From NCBI GenBank assembly GCA_977018835.1, contig OZ361257.1, positions 4,154,001 through 4,218,000 on the forward strand: a DNA stretch of 64,000 bases. The letters are read 5' to 3'. Shown in pieces: positions 8,710 to 21,319 of the stretch. The notes under the pieces are model-generated. The model saw only the letters and a list, made by a program, of their open reading frames with translations. It did not search any database and was not told where the DNA came from. Both the position numbers and the translations under genes were made by a program. The first letter of the stretch is position 1; each line of letters starts with the position of its first letter. The stretch is from Minutocellus sp. GHC0000111. Its lineage: Eukaryota.

Positions 8710-10614
8710 ATGTACTCTACACGCCGCCTATCGGTGTCCACCGTCCTCTTGCTTATTGTCGGCTTGTCCTCAATTACTCGATCGGCTGGAGGAAGGGCTG
8801 CTATGATGGGCGGCGTCCTTGGCCTAGATGCGCAAATCCAATCCGACGCTGAGACTTGTACAGCAGGATTTGTTCATTGTGAAGACGGGAATGAGGTCGA
8901 TCCGGTCACTGGCAGTCCCACTGGTAACACATGCCACATAGCCTGCCAGAATCCATCAGACCCTTCCTCACAGGACTGCTGTGTAGTGAGCAACGACTGC
9001 AGCAGGTTTACCGGAAAGGTATGCCGAGATGGAAGCTGTGACGGCACCAATCGGAACACTGGAAACGGAGATGGAGCTTGTGCTGGTGCCAATATTCCAG
9101 AGGGTGTCATCGATGGTTGTAGGGGTGATGCGGCGTGTGATCTATTGGGTGGAGAGACCTTCGCCAGAGACGGCGCCGTGGGAAGAGTCGAAAGCTCGTG
9201 CCATGGGGATCGGTCATGCTATGCCATTAATTTGAATAACAGACGGATTCCTGGTAAGATGGGACATCTATTGAAAAGCTGCCACGGCGACACTAGCTGC
9301 GAGGGACTCGGTGCCTATCTCAACAACCCGAACTCTGGCCCTGTCGGCGACGTGATTTTTAGTTGCCACGGGTATGGCTCCTGTGTTGGCGTTGGTGTTG
9401 ATGGTGCAGTCGGCAACATTTTTCATAGCTGCCACGACACTACTGCTTGTACATTGATGGCATACGGTGGCATTGTGGGCGATCTCGCCTACAGTTGTCG
9501 TGGTCGCGAAGCCTGTTTTCATTTCCAATACTGCGCAAGCGGCAGCAGTATTCCCTGTCCTGTTCCGAACCTTGGTGTTGACTTTCTCAATGGTAGCTGC
9601 AATTTCCCTGAAGCATGTAAGGAATACGCTGGAGAGCCAGACGGAGGCGGCTTGACCTGCATCAATAGCGCAACCACCGGCTCATTTTCCCCTGACACAA
9701 TATCGTGCTATGATACTACCAGTGAGGCCGAAAGCACATGTGATGGGTCAAGTGATGTTTGCACATCTCTTTGTCCCGGCGGCGAGGCATACATTCCCTC
9801 CAACTATTGCCCCCCCCCTTTGGATAAACCTGGCATGACCTGCGAAAACGTTCGTCTCAAGATCCCTGAACACGGCGAATTTACATGTCTACCCATCGGG
9901 GAAGGAATCTGCCGTGATAACGGAGGAGCCTTTGGCAAGTGGCGCTTTGGTATCGAGGAGGTCAAGACGCCACCTTGCGAAGTCACTGCTGAATGTCGCA
10001 TCGATACAGCGACCAATACATTCCCCGTACTAATTGACCCTGCCAACAATCGTTATCCAGTCACCGGCACTACCTTCACCGACAGCGAAACAGGAGAGGT
10101 GTGCAAAAATGCTGCCGACGAAGCCATTCGAGGATGCAACTACGCCGGTACAACTCATGTCTGCATCTCCGAAAATATAGAGGACGATCCCAACCGATAT
10201 TCCAACGAACGCCCGTTCATGTTCTTTTACGACGAGAAGTCTCATCAGTACCTCTACCAGCTGGTGTGTGACGGCATCGGCCAGGAGGGCAAGCTTCCCG
10301 AACTTGAGATGGTCAATCAAGAGGACCTGGCCGATGCAACCTATGTCAATTATCCGGTGGACATTGTCAAGTTCAAGAAGGGTGCCACCCCAAACAAGGA
10401 AGATGTAAACGAGCTTTGGAGGATGTATGTTGATTGGAACGGCTTCGATGATCTCGAGACTAAACGTCGGGGCAAGCTCGCTTCCTTCATCGGCGTTGCC
10501 CATCCTAATCTATGCAAAGAATATGTTTCGCCCACCGACAAGGCCTGCTGGAAAGAGAATTGTGATGATGTGGAGACTCCAGAAGATTACGAGCTGAATG
10601 ATTGTGTTTTGTGA
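8710..10614 (+). CDS. Secreted cysteine-rich repeat protein
   Basis: Signal peptide, then about six ~26-30-aa repeats of the form G-x-(V/M)G-x4-SC(H/R)G-x2-(A/S)C, then a distinct C-terminal domain. Confidence 0.8.
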   Translation: MYSTRRLSVSTVLLLIVGLSSITRSAGGRAAMMGGVLGLDAQIQSDAETCTAGFVHCEDGNEVDPVTGSPTGNTCHIACQNPSDPSSQDCCVVSNDCSRFTGKVCRDGSCDGTNRNTGNGDGACAGANIPEGVIDGCRGDAACDLLGGETFARDGAVGRVESSCHGDRSCYAINLNNRRIPGKMGHLLKSCHGDTSCEGLGAYLNNPNSGPVGDVIFSCHGYGSCVGVGVDGAVGNIFHSCHDTTACTLMAYGGIVGDLAYSCRGREACFHFQYCASGSSIPCPVPNLGVDFLNGSCNFPEACKEYAGEPDGGGLTCINSATTGSFSPDTISCYDTTSEAESTCDGSSDVCTSLCPGGEAYIPSNYCPPPLDKPGMTCENVRLKIPEHGEFTCLPIGEGICRDNGGAFGKWRFGIEEVKTPPCEVTAECRIDTATNTFPVLIDPANNRYPVTGTTFTDSETGEVCKNAADEAIRGCNYAGTTHVCISENIEDDPNRYSNERPFMFFYDEKSHQYLYQLVCDGIGQEGKLPELEMVNQEDLADATYVNYPVDIVKFKKGATPNKEDVNELWRMYVDWNGFDDLETKRRGKLASFIGVAHPNLCKEYVSPTDKACWKENCDDVETPEDYELNDCVL

Positions 10615-10680
10615 GTCAAATAATCTAGCTACACTTCGAGTTTAATTAATCTCTGCCCTAAATCTACTACGTAGCTAGAA

Positions 10681-13600
10681 TCAATTTAGGTCAATGACTT
10701 CGTAAACATGTCTTGCCTTCGTGGCACCACCCCAGTCGACAAAAGCCTGATGCGCAAGGCGGTAGTATTCCAGCGCCTTGGCCTGATTCAGATTAGATTC
10801 ATAGAGCATGGCAGTCCGTTCATATGCCAGGGCCAATTCACTCTGAAAGCTATGCTTCTTTGCACTTTCGATTGCTTGATCATATAGCTTGGACGCCTCC
10901 TCTGCATTGTTGTTCAAGTAAAACTCGATCTCTGCAGAGAGAAGGAGATACTTATGGGCAAAGTTCCAATCGGAGTGACTCATCCACTTCTTCAGCTCGT
11001 CTCTTCCAGCAAGTGCCACGCCTTTCCACTTCATTTCGACTGCACCACCCTTCCTACTCATCATGACTGCGGCAAGACCAGTGTAAAAGGTCTCGTTAGC
11101 AAGAGAAGAGCTTCGAAATGGTCTCGATTTGTTTTGTTCCCAACGGCGCTCTGCCATGTCAGCGGCCAGCTGATAGTTCCCAAAAAGATATGCCAGCCAA
11201 AGTCGCAGAAAGTACCCCCGATTGACAATGCTAATTCGCTTGACTTCTTGGGACATTCCAACAAATTCGTCGCTGTTGAGAGCAAGGTCGGTCGGATCAC
11301 CGGTGTCCTCAATCAAGTTGGTAACGAATCGATTGTAAAGAGATGCCACGATTAGAGTGTGATGCTTGTAAACTTTCATCTGCTGCATAAAGGACTGGAT
11401 CTCAGAAGACAATACCGACAAGTTGCGACCACTTTGAATCGCCGTTAAAATGTAAATATTGGCATCTGTCAACGCCCACTCGATATCTCCCATCTGTAGA
11501 CCGATTTCGTATGCATTCTTCAACGATGGCAATCGAGACTGCAGTGGTTCCTTAAATATCAGGAAATCGTTGAGAACGCACGTAACTCGGGCAAGAACGT
11601 CCTTTGCATTGAATCGTTCGACGATGCTTAGAGCGACCTTGCCATACAAACAGGCATCATCGATACCAACGTATTTGCTGCAAAGTGTCCCATACGCAGC
11701 AAATGCAAACGACGACTCCTTAGATACTCCAAAAAGAATGGAGAGCTGAACCATGCGACAAATCATTATACTCATAAGCATCTGATTCACCATATGAGCG
11801 TGTCGAATGAGTAGGAAGAGGGCCTTGATTGCCGATGCCTTTTGTGTATCCACCAACATTTTTCCCGAAGCAATATCGATGACATTGAGATTTCTCAGCA
11901 TGTCCTCCGTTTTCTGGAACTCGCTGTCGGCGTCATGCTTCTGCGGATTGGTTGGCAAACTTTCACCGAGAGCCGAAAGAAGCCCGAGGCCACACGTCAC
12001 CGCATCCGACTGCTGACCCTTGGCTCCAAGTGATCTCAAAAGTGTATAATATGCCCGCATTTTATCCTGAAGGTTCTGACCGTGCGTCATGATCGGATTA
12101 ACCGATATCGATATTCCCGTGTGATTTCCAGTGGCAAACTGAGCTTCGGCGCAGCTCGAATGTAACTCCAAGCAAAGTTTGTAGTTGTGTGTCCAGCTGT
12201 CTTCATTGAGGAGGACAGTGCCCTGGAGGAGGTAGGTTGAAGCAAGTAAAAAGGCCGAACCAGCCTTTGCCTTCCTACCAGCAACAAGGCAAAGCTCTGC
12301 AAAGCGTACTCGCTCATTCTGATCTGAAATCAAGTCCGCTCCTCGACTCAACTGATTTACAACAAGCTCGAGGCGGTCGCCGAGTTGATCTGCAGTCTGA
12401 TAACCCCAAAGAGTACGGCCGATACTCAAGTGCAAGGCTGGACGTTGCTCCACGGGAATCAGAGAATAGGCTGCTTGCTCTATTTGATCGTGCGGGAACT
12501 TGTAGTCCAAACCAACCTTGGCCATCAGACCCTCCTTGACAGCCACGTCAAGCGTTGCACTGACCATTGTCATACTTCTTTGGCCTGAAAGGAGTAGTTG
12601 AATGAGCGTCTCGCCATTACTCTGAGAGCCAAGACATGCGGCTACCTTGAGCATCCATTGCATATCCTTGTCAAGATTGAGCATCTTCTTAATGATTAAG
12701 CCCACAACGTTATCATCCACAGATCGGGCTTGGATTGCTTCGGCGTCCCATTCCCATCGTCGGCTACGAGCAGAATAGCGAAGCAATCCTTCGGCGCTGA
12801 GCGATCTCAAGAATTCCACAACGAACAGTATGTTGCCTGTCGTTTTGGCATGCACCACCTCTGCCAAAGGTCTTGTTATCCGGGGCGATAGATTGAGCAC
12901 ATCCGAGACGTTGGCGTTGAGATCTTCTCCTCCAATGTTGTCCAACGAAAGTGAGATGATCCGGATACCAGATAATCGCAACCGCGCCAATTCGGAATAG
13001 AGAGGATGATCCTGAGCGACGTCCTCTTCACGGTAGGTTGCCACGAACAGCATTGACTTGACCTCAGAATCGGATGCAAGGGTAGAAATGAGCTCTAGCG
13101 CAGCAGCATCGGCCCACTGAAGATCGTCCAAAAATAGTACTAGCGGGGTCTTGGTCGATGCGATGGCTCTAATGAACATGCGGAAGAAATAAATGAAACG
13201 ATTGAGAGCCTCGACGCCGGGAAGATCTGTTCAACCGGAAGCCATCACCTTGTCATCCACCAAATGTCTCATATTGGGCATCAAATCGGTCAGCACGCTG
13301 ATGTTGCTTCCGAGGGTCTTTTGGACGGCTTCTCGAACGTGGCAGTAGCAGGGCATGTCGGGAATTTCCGGAGTTTTGCGCGAACAGCCTCCGATACCGG
13401 CAATTTCCTTGCAGTAGGCATCAAAGGCATTGAAAATAACCTGCATGGGCTGAGTGTTTTTGAGCTTGTCGAATTTGCAGCAGATGAAGTTCCCGCTCTT
13501 CGAAGCCAATGGTTTGTGCAGCTGTTCAACCAATGCCGTCTTGCCGGTTCCTGCATAGCCTGTGAGGGTGATGAATTCCCGCTGCCCACCCTCCACGAGC

Positions 13601-16001
13601 ACATGCTGAAAGATATGAAGGAGCTCGGCAAGTTGCTGATCGCGACCATACAACTTGTTGGTTGGGAAGGACAACCGGCTGCTATCGATTGCGCCGTTTA
13701 CGATTGATGCGGCAGACATGGGCACCGACGGTGCGCTCGCTGGAGTCAACGACGTTGGTTTTGGATCAAACAGATATCGATCCGGCTTACCCGTCATGAG
13801 AACCAGGTCGGCCTCGACCTCTTTGATGGCAACATATCTGTCCGGACATTGCTCGTTCGCCGCATCGAGCAAGCTGCTAACGCATATGCACAAGGACGTC
13901 GGGAAGCCCACGTCGCGGAGGGGCACGTATGAGCCGTCCGGGGATGCAACCTTGCCGGAATCGAGGGCTCCCAACGAGCGGCGCTTGGACGGACCGCCGC
14001 TACTACCGTCTGCAGATGGTTCCCCAATGGCCTCCACCGAAGACGACGATGACTGTCGGACCGGATCGACCCCCGCAAATGCCTTGTACATAATCTCGCC
14101 AAGCTTGACTAGATCGTGCCGTTGCATCTGTGGCATCCCTGGAGCTGTTGACGACGCCTGAGGCCACATGGTCCGACCGGAGGCATGGCAGGCCTTGACC
14201 CGTCGGGTCATCTCCAGGCACTGCCGCAGGGTGCCGAGGATGGTATCCTTGGGATTTGGCGACGACGGACACGACGATGATCCCGACGGAGGAGACATTG
14301 GAGAGGATGTGGCAATGGCAGAAGGGGACGGTGCGGTGACGCCGACGAGGACGATGTCATTGCCGTTGCCGATGCTGGGGACGATGCCGGCGGTGGCAGC
14401 GCGTAATTGATCGGGTTGGGCTCAAAGTCGGCACCGCTCATGGCCAGAGCCGCAACGAGTGGGGAGCCGGACGACCTCCGAGAGCTGGTGCTGGTGCCGG
14501 TGCCGCCATTACTATTCGTTGCACCATCGCCCGCAGTACCAACGGCACCAGTACCATCGACAACTGACTGCTGCTCTTGCACCTGCCCCCCTCCTCCTCC
14601 TCCTTCCAACATCTCCAAGCTCTCGGCCAAATCCTCGAGGCTGCCAAAGTTGGCGTCAAAGTCGTCGAGGTTGATCCCGGCCATGTGGATGTCGTCATCA
14701 CCAGTTGATGCCAGCATGGCCGAAAGTCCAGGCGATTGGAGGGCCACGGGCGGGTAGGACGCGTACGCTGCTGCACCGCTGGTTGCACCTGGATGATTCA
14801 GACCGGACATACCACCCCCACTGCCGCCGCAATTGGACATGCCACCAGATATACCACCAGAAGCAGCAGCTGCCGCGGAAGCAGCAATGCCCATGGCCCC
14901 GACGGCCGCCGCGCCGTAATCTCCTGCGGAAACGGCCAGATACCCACCTCCCACGGCATCGATCGTGCCGGATTGGTGGGCATGCAATTGCTGTTGGCGC
15001 CGGGCGGCCGGGCCGGCCACCACCCGTCGTCCGCTGCTGCCGGCAGATCCGTTGCCAATATTTCCGCGTCCACCACCGCCGCCGCCGCCGGTCATCTCGT
15101 TGGAACTTCGTCTCCGTCCCCTACCACCGCCGCTATTGCTGCCGGCGGCACTCCGTTTGCTCCCTCCGCCTCCGCTGCTCACGCTCCGACCACCTCCACT
15201 CACACCAACACCACCTCCAACACCAACAACACCCCCATTGCCCACCACGAAGGCACTCTGCACCTTGGGATCGCTGATGAGCCCCTTGGACAAATTCCGG
15301 AAGGCCTGCTTGACCTTCTCGCACGCCGCGGCGTCGCTCATCGGCCTCCACAGGTCGGGATGGGCGACGATCGCTTCCGAGTAACCCTTGCGCGTCCCCT
15401 GCGTCCGGATGGCAGCCATGATGGCCGCTTGCTCGGCGGCTTCGGCGTCGGCTGCCTGTGCGTCGATGTCCGAGGAGGTGGCAGTATTGCTATTACCTCC
15501 GCCGCCGCCGCCCTTCTTCTTGCCCTTGGCAGTTGAAGCGGCAGAGGACTGTCGTCCCCCCTTGGCCTTTTTGGGCTCGACGACGAGCTCCAAGAATCGT
15601 CCGGGGGGATTCAAACCACCGGAGCCCATTCCCTCCACGGCGACGACCACCTCCCCCCTTCCCTTCTTTTTCTCTCCACCACCTCCATCATTACCATTGC
15701 CGCCGGTCACCCCATTGCCCAACGTGTAGACCATCCCGGCTCTCCCGCGCACATAGTCGACAATCTCCTGGGCAATGACCTGCTTGTCCTTGTGTCGCGC
15801 GGCGTTCAGATAGTCGTACTGGCGGGAGGCGACAATGGTCCGAAAGAGCCGATTGCCGGGATGGTTCTGGATGCGGGGTCCCCGGCCCGACAAAACGTCG
15901 TGCGGGGTTAAAAGGGAAGAGGGGATCAGGGTTGGGGCGAGGTTGGCGGAGGGGGAGGGGGACGACAAAGGGACAGGGGTGGGATCGACAAAGGTTGGCA
16001 T
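10681..16001 (-). pseudogene. DUF6824 + low-complexity linker + STAND-type (AAA_16) NTPase + helical repeat protein; broken by one frameshift and one in-frame stop
   Basis: DUF6824 motifs DVLSGRG...NHPGNRLFR...GRFLE...W...EKVKQAFR. LYGRDQQ, Walker A GYAGTGKT, Walker B LVLFLDDLQWAD, TTGNILFV, YKFPHDQIEQAAY. The three ORFs join by a frameshift at ~14300-14400 and an in-frame TGA at 13231-13233 (ASG*TDLPGVEALNRF). Confidence 0.8.
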
Positions 16002-16949
16002 GGCTGGGTTTTTGGATTGTTGGTTTGTCGTGTTTTTTGGTTTTGGTTTTGGTTTGGAGTGCGTAACGACTTGGTGGTGGTGGTGGTGGTTGTTGTTGTT
16101 CAGTCTGCGATCAAGGTCCAGCCAAGGCCGACCGTACCCTCTGCGCGGTTGTGGGGCTAAGGCACGCAAGCGCAAGCGTCGGTACAGTGGGCCCCGCTTC
16201 CAAGTCCAAGATGGATGGACAATTCCACAAGATGAGATGGCAGTGTCCGTAGGAACGGCGGGCTGTTATGTTGTTTGGTTCTATTTTGGCACCGCACCGC
16301 ACCGCACCGCCCAAAAGTCAGTCCACACGTATCTCGCGCGCCAAGCCAACCGATGCAAGTTAAGTTCCACCGGGAATGGAATGGGACCTTGCAATGTATT
16401 CCAGCGAAAGGGGGGTTCACAAGAAGTCAGTCAAGTCGACCAACGCAACGCGGAACCTGCGAGATACGTGTAGAGATGACTGCAAGGCCGGGATACTGCG
16501 CAGCTACTCTCTAGCTACTAGAGGTCGGTCCTAGCTACGTAGCTAGTCGTAACCGGGATATCAAGGCAGTTATGATTAGGCCACAGCAATATTAGTGAGA
16601 GGAAGGAGTGAGTCAGACCAAACGGAGAATGTCTTGACGGCGCGCGGCGGAGAACAGAACAGATCGGATGCATCGGATGGATGAATGGGTCCGAGGTCAT
16701 GACGATGGGCCGCGTGCAAGCAACCCAGAGCGGGATGATGGGGAAGCAAGAAAGCGTCCGAAACTGCATGGCGTGGCGGGTTCATGAGGGCGAGGAACGA
16801 CATGACGTGGCCGTCATTGGAGGTTCGCGTGTTGTTCTGAGAAGATCTGACGTCATGATTCCCGTTCGACATCGATGCCGTCTTCAGTTATCATCAGAGA
16901 GAAAGTGGGAAATTCCACGCCCTCATGGCCTACTTTTTTGCCACCAGGA

Positions 16950-19900
16950 GACAGGGGTAAACCCTCAAAACGATGATGAATTCAGCGATTGAAAAATTGG
17001 CCGCACGGTGATGAAACAATGTGACTTCGGACGCACGGCAATTTTTAGCGGCTCTGCGATCATCGTTTTTTTTTACCTCACGGTGATTTTTCGTTTGGGA
17101 CGGCAACTCAGAAACTGCCGTGCCGCAAAAAAGAAATTGGTGAAGGAAAAAGCAGCACAAGTTGTCTTCCGCCAGTCGGGCCGTGGGGGAAGCACCGGCT
17201 TGAGCAAGTGGTGAGTCGGAAGCGTCGGGAGGAACGCTGTCCTCGTCTTGAGCTACATGCGCATTGTTAAAAGAGAGAAATAGACAAAAATGGAGCAAAA
17301 ATTGTGGCTGGATTGGCGCCACATGCAATGCATGCACACGCACGACACTGGCGCAATTTTCTGCAAGTCCGAAAACCCACCGAAAAATGTGGTTTTGGGT
17401 TCGCGCAATTTTCTGCAAGTCCGAAAACCCACCGAAAAATGTGGTTTTGGGTTCTTATCTCGTGAGACAAACCTTCCAGACCCAATTACCACCCATCCAA
17501 TCGTCGTTTATGGTCAACGGGTGGATTGTGGTGTGGTCGATCGAACCAATTTCCTGGAGCATGTCGAGAATTCGCCACTTTCATGCCCAAAATTCGGCAA
17601 AAAGAACATGTTGGGCTCAAAATGCGGTTTTCGGGGCTGATCATGCAAAGTTTCCTTTCCACCACAGACTTTCACCCATCAAATCCATCGGTATGGTCCG
17701 TGAGTAGATTGCAATGGGTGGTTCGGTGCCAAATGTCCAGACATGACGAGAACTGACTGCTTTCACACTCCAAAATCGGCCCAGAACCGCCAAACACCGG
17801 GGCAGATCGAGTGCAATGGCCCTTCCAGCATAGAGTAATACCCAGTCGCTCTTTCGATATAGCCTAAGAGTGGATTGGTATGAGGTGGCTTGATGCAAAT
17901 AGTCGATAGGGCACGAGAACTGTCACACGGCAATCTCGAAAATATGGCGGGGAGGCCAAAAATGTGGATTTGGGGGAAAATTCTCGAAAAAAGAACTTCG
18001 ATGCCAAAATATTTTCATGCGGGACGCTCCATTCGGTCCATAGGTGGATTGTGATGGAGTCTCTTGGCGGGAAAAATCTACAGAGGTCGAGAATGCTCGC
18101 ATGCAACTGCCGAAAATGATGGTGGGCACCGCCAGCCAATCTGGCCTTGGAGGGTGATGAAATCAGCAAAATATCACCACAGAATGTGCCCAACAGCAAT
18201 AGGTGGCCGATATTGTTTGGCATTCCCACTCAGGTATGACCCATGACAAGCTGTTGAAGAAAAGTTTCGCGGGTTTTCGGCAAATGCTGGTCCTTTCGCA
18301 GCGGCACCAACGTCTCGTGGAGGTTGGTGACAAAAATTTTCAACGGACCTGTCGGGGTATCAAGGGATCCTACTGAACGGCGTAGCATGCAAATCAATGC
18401 GTGGGGATGCTATCAAATGGCGGCATATATATGATTGTTCGATTTGTATCCTCGTGAGAAGGTGGCGATGAAGCAGTGTGGTGGAAAAGGACTAGAAGCT
18501 GTCGATTTCAGACGTCGTTTTCACCGCTCCGTCGGTAAAATCACACAACATGACGATGGATTGGACTCATAGAGGCCCGATAGCTGCTGTAGCTTACTAC
18601 ATCCTATTTGATATAGTCAAGGACAAAGGATTGCATCTAAGTTTCGCGAGCTAAGTGCATGTTTTGTTCATTCGGTGGAGGCAGTAGTGTTTCGAGTGGT
18701 CGCCGGCAAGATTTTTCAGCTCTGAAATTATACGCGAGGAGGGGAGATTCGGACAATAGAGGGACAGCGAACGCTGTTGATCACTGTTGTCGCGTAGGTA
18801 TGATATGAGGTGGCGCGATTATGAAAAGTTTCGCGGGATTCCTGCCAATGTGGTGCTTCGGTAACTAATTGAGCTCTTCGCGGGGGACGAAGATGGAGAT
18901 TCCCTGGGGCCTCATTTAGATTACCAGTACTGGTGATACGTGTCAGGGAATCACAAACAATACATAAGGGTATCATGAAAATCGATCTATTTATACCCTT
19001 GGTGGATTGATATACTTGTGAGAGGTCCTCTGTGCTGGCAAGGGAAGCAATGAAGGCGCATTGGTACAAAAATCTGGTCATTTTTCAGGAAAAATCGAGC
19101 TGTCGACCTCCATGAGGAGTAAGTAACCTACAGCACACGATAATGCCACCAACCCCATAACACTGCCCCATTATCTCATCCCTATTGATATCTAGTCGCG
19201 TTCTATGGGTAGTAGCTGAGGTAAAACCGCTTGCTTTGCCATTTGGAGGGCACTATTGACTCTGAAGCTTCGAGGAGGTTGGCGTCAAATTTGTCGCGCA
19301 TAGATATTCATGTTTATTTTGGTCTATTATTTTCCGTGTCATCACAAAGGACAATGCATGGGTATATAGAACAATCGATCATGCTAAGCGTCGCCATTTG
19401 ATACAGTTATCAAACAGTATAGTTGTGCTTCTATATCACTCAGCATTCATATTGGAAGTTGGAGTGAGTTCCTCGTAAATCTTGCACCGTCCTCCACGAA
19501 ATAGTCAGATACCCTCTAAATCACTGATCTTTGCAGCAACCCTGCAAAACTTTCCACCAATGAGCCACCTCATATCATATGTAGGTGGGAATAAGCTACT
19601 GGTGTCGTGAATGAACGCGCATGGACCCAAACTATCGTCATGTTGGTATTTTGGACCTTCCAGCACAATAAAAATTACCCTAAAAAAATGACAACATGAG
19701 ATAGTTTGGCCGAACTATCAACCAAATTGCCAGAAAAATGCTATGGGACCTCAGCGTGGATGCATACCGTCCGATTGGAAGCCTCGCTATCGTCGATTTG
19801 GCGTAGGTAGGCATGCCTATTGAGGAAGTGGTGTCGCGGTGGAGAAGTTGATGAGAATCTGGAAGTTCTGGTTTTACTTGTCATTTTGTGAGAATGCAAT

Positions 19901-20980
19901 TGGTTCCAAACGCGGAAACTCAACAATCAACACATACACTTCCATTCTTTAGTATATACCTCGGCAGGATTGAACGAGAGTCAGCACCCCACGGTTCAAT
20001 TTCAAGAACTATTGTACCTCATCTGATTTTGGCGCCTGACCCAACACCGGAAAATTTACCACAAACCCACAAAGCCTCAACGAATTAATCCACTTGCTGA
20101 CACCCAACCCGCAGAAGAAGCACATCGATCGCTCGAGTAGTGTCATAGGATCGAAATATCAAAAGTTGTATAGAAACTCTAAGTGGATTTTTCCGACCAA
20201 TGAGGCCACATCGATGTTGAGGGCCAATTTTGCGACAAAGTCGAATCTTGATTTTGGGGAGGATGGCGGCATTTTGCGATTCTTGTGCGTGCGAACTCAA
20301 TAACACTCCCATACCACCACCCCATGCTTTCAACAAACCGACCTATCAGCCCGTCAAATGTTGACAGACTCCCATTTAGTCGACTGCACCTTTACTTTTC
20401 TCTCCGATTGTAGCCGTCGTGGAGGTCGAAGTTGGCCGGTGACATGTGCCGAAAGTCGATTTTCGCCAGTTTCAAAAGTCAGAGACTCAGAATGACGACT
20501 CACTGGACAAGATACATATACAGAGAAGATATGATGAGGTGGGCATGGTGGTTGGATACCATCTTGGTGGTCGTCGGGGGCATGGATTTTGGTCGTCGTG
20601 TAGTTGGTTGGGTGGATTTTTGGCACAGTCCGAGATGGGTGTTATTTCCGGGTTTCTTTGGTCGAAAATCAAAACCCCGAAAGTACCCATAGAAGTGGAT
20701 GCAAGACACACGCAATTGATTTTTTACGGATTCAAGACAGAAGACGCCCCCGAAGTGGCATGAAACATGAAATGTGTCTTTTTGATCGTCTCGTGGCCTT
20801 TCCGCCTCGAACGATCATCAGTGATGTTCGGCCGAGAGCGACCATACCTCTCTCTTTTTTGGCGAACGCCGTGTGGATTCATGAAAAAGTTCGATACTCG
20901 CTGAGAGCGAAGTTTTGGCGAGCGAAAGCACAAACCCAAGATCGCTTTCATCCACCTCAGAAGCAACACAAAGCACAAAC
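16950..20980. other. ~4-kb ORF-free tract of degenerate modular motifs (transposon relic or structural DNA)
   Basis: No credible CDS. Recurrent GTGGATTG-like and AAGTTTCGCG motifs, many A/T tracts, and several 12-16-bp perfect inverted matches. Boundaries are approximate. Confidence 0.5.
17351..17454. repeat. Perfect 52-bp tandem duplication
   Basis: gcgcaattttctgcaagtccgaaaacccaccgaaaaatgtggttttgggttc occurs at 17351-17402 and 17403-17454. Confidence 0.97.
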
Positions 20981-21046
20981 AGCTACGTAGTTCGTGTAGC
21001 TCATTTGATCATCATTCCGTTGAACAACAACCAAAATAAACAACAG

Positions 21047-21317
21047 GTAAGTTCAGAGTTTTCGATGATTTGATTGTATGTTAGCCATTGGCGGTGTGAT
21101 CTATCGAAACTTGATGAATTGTAGCTGGCTGTTCGTCTCTCGTGCTCAGCCACGTGCCGACACATGCGCCGATACAGGTCAAGGTGAATGAAAATTTTCC
21201 ATTCATCAAATCTGACTAACAGTCACCAAATACTTTTACCAACTGCCCTCCCTCCCTTCTAACACGTATGGAACACCGGCACAATATGGCAAACAACTAC
21301 ATGTACTGTCTTGACAG
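21047..21317 (+). other. Probable 5'-UTR intron of the downstream secreted gene
   Basis: Strong donor cag|GTAAGT at 21047 and acceptor tcttgacAG ending at 21317, two bases before ATG 21320. Confidence 0.5.
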
Positions 21318-21319
21318 AA

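Noticed and set aside
17351..17454. CRISPR-like array
   Set aside because: There are only two abutting copies with no spacer, the context is eukaryotic, and no cas genes are present.
16950..20980. Small ORFs in the non-coding tract, or a defined MITE/Helitron
   Set aside because: The ORFs are short and lack motifs, and I could not find matching termini, a TSD or a Helitron 3' hairpin.
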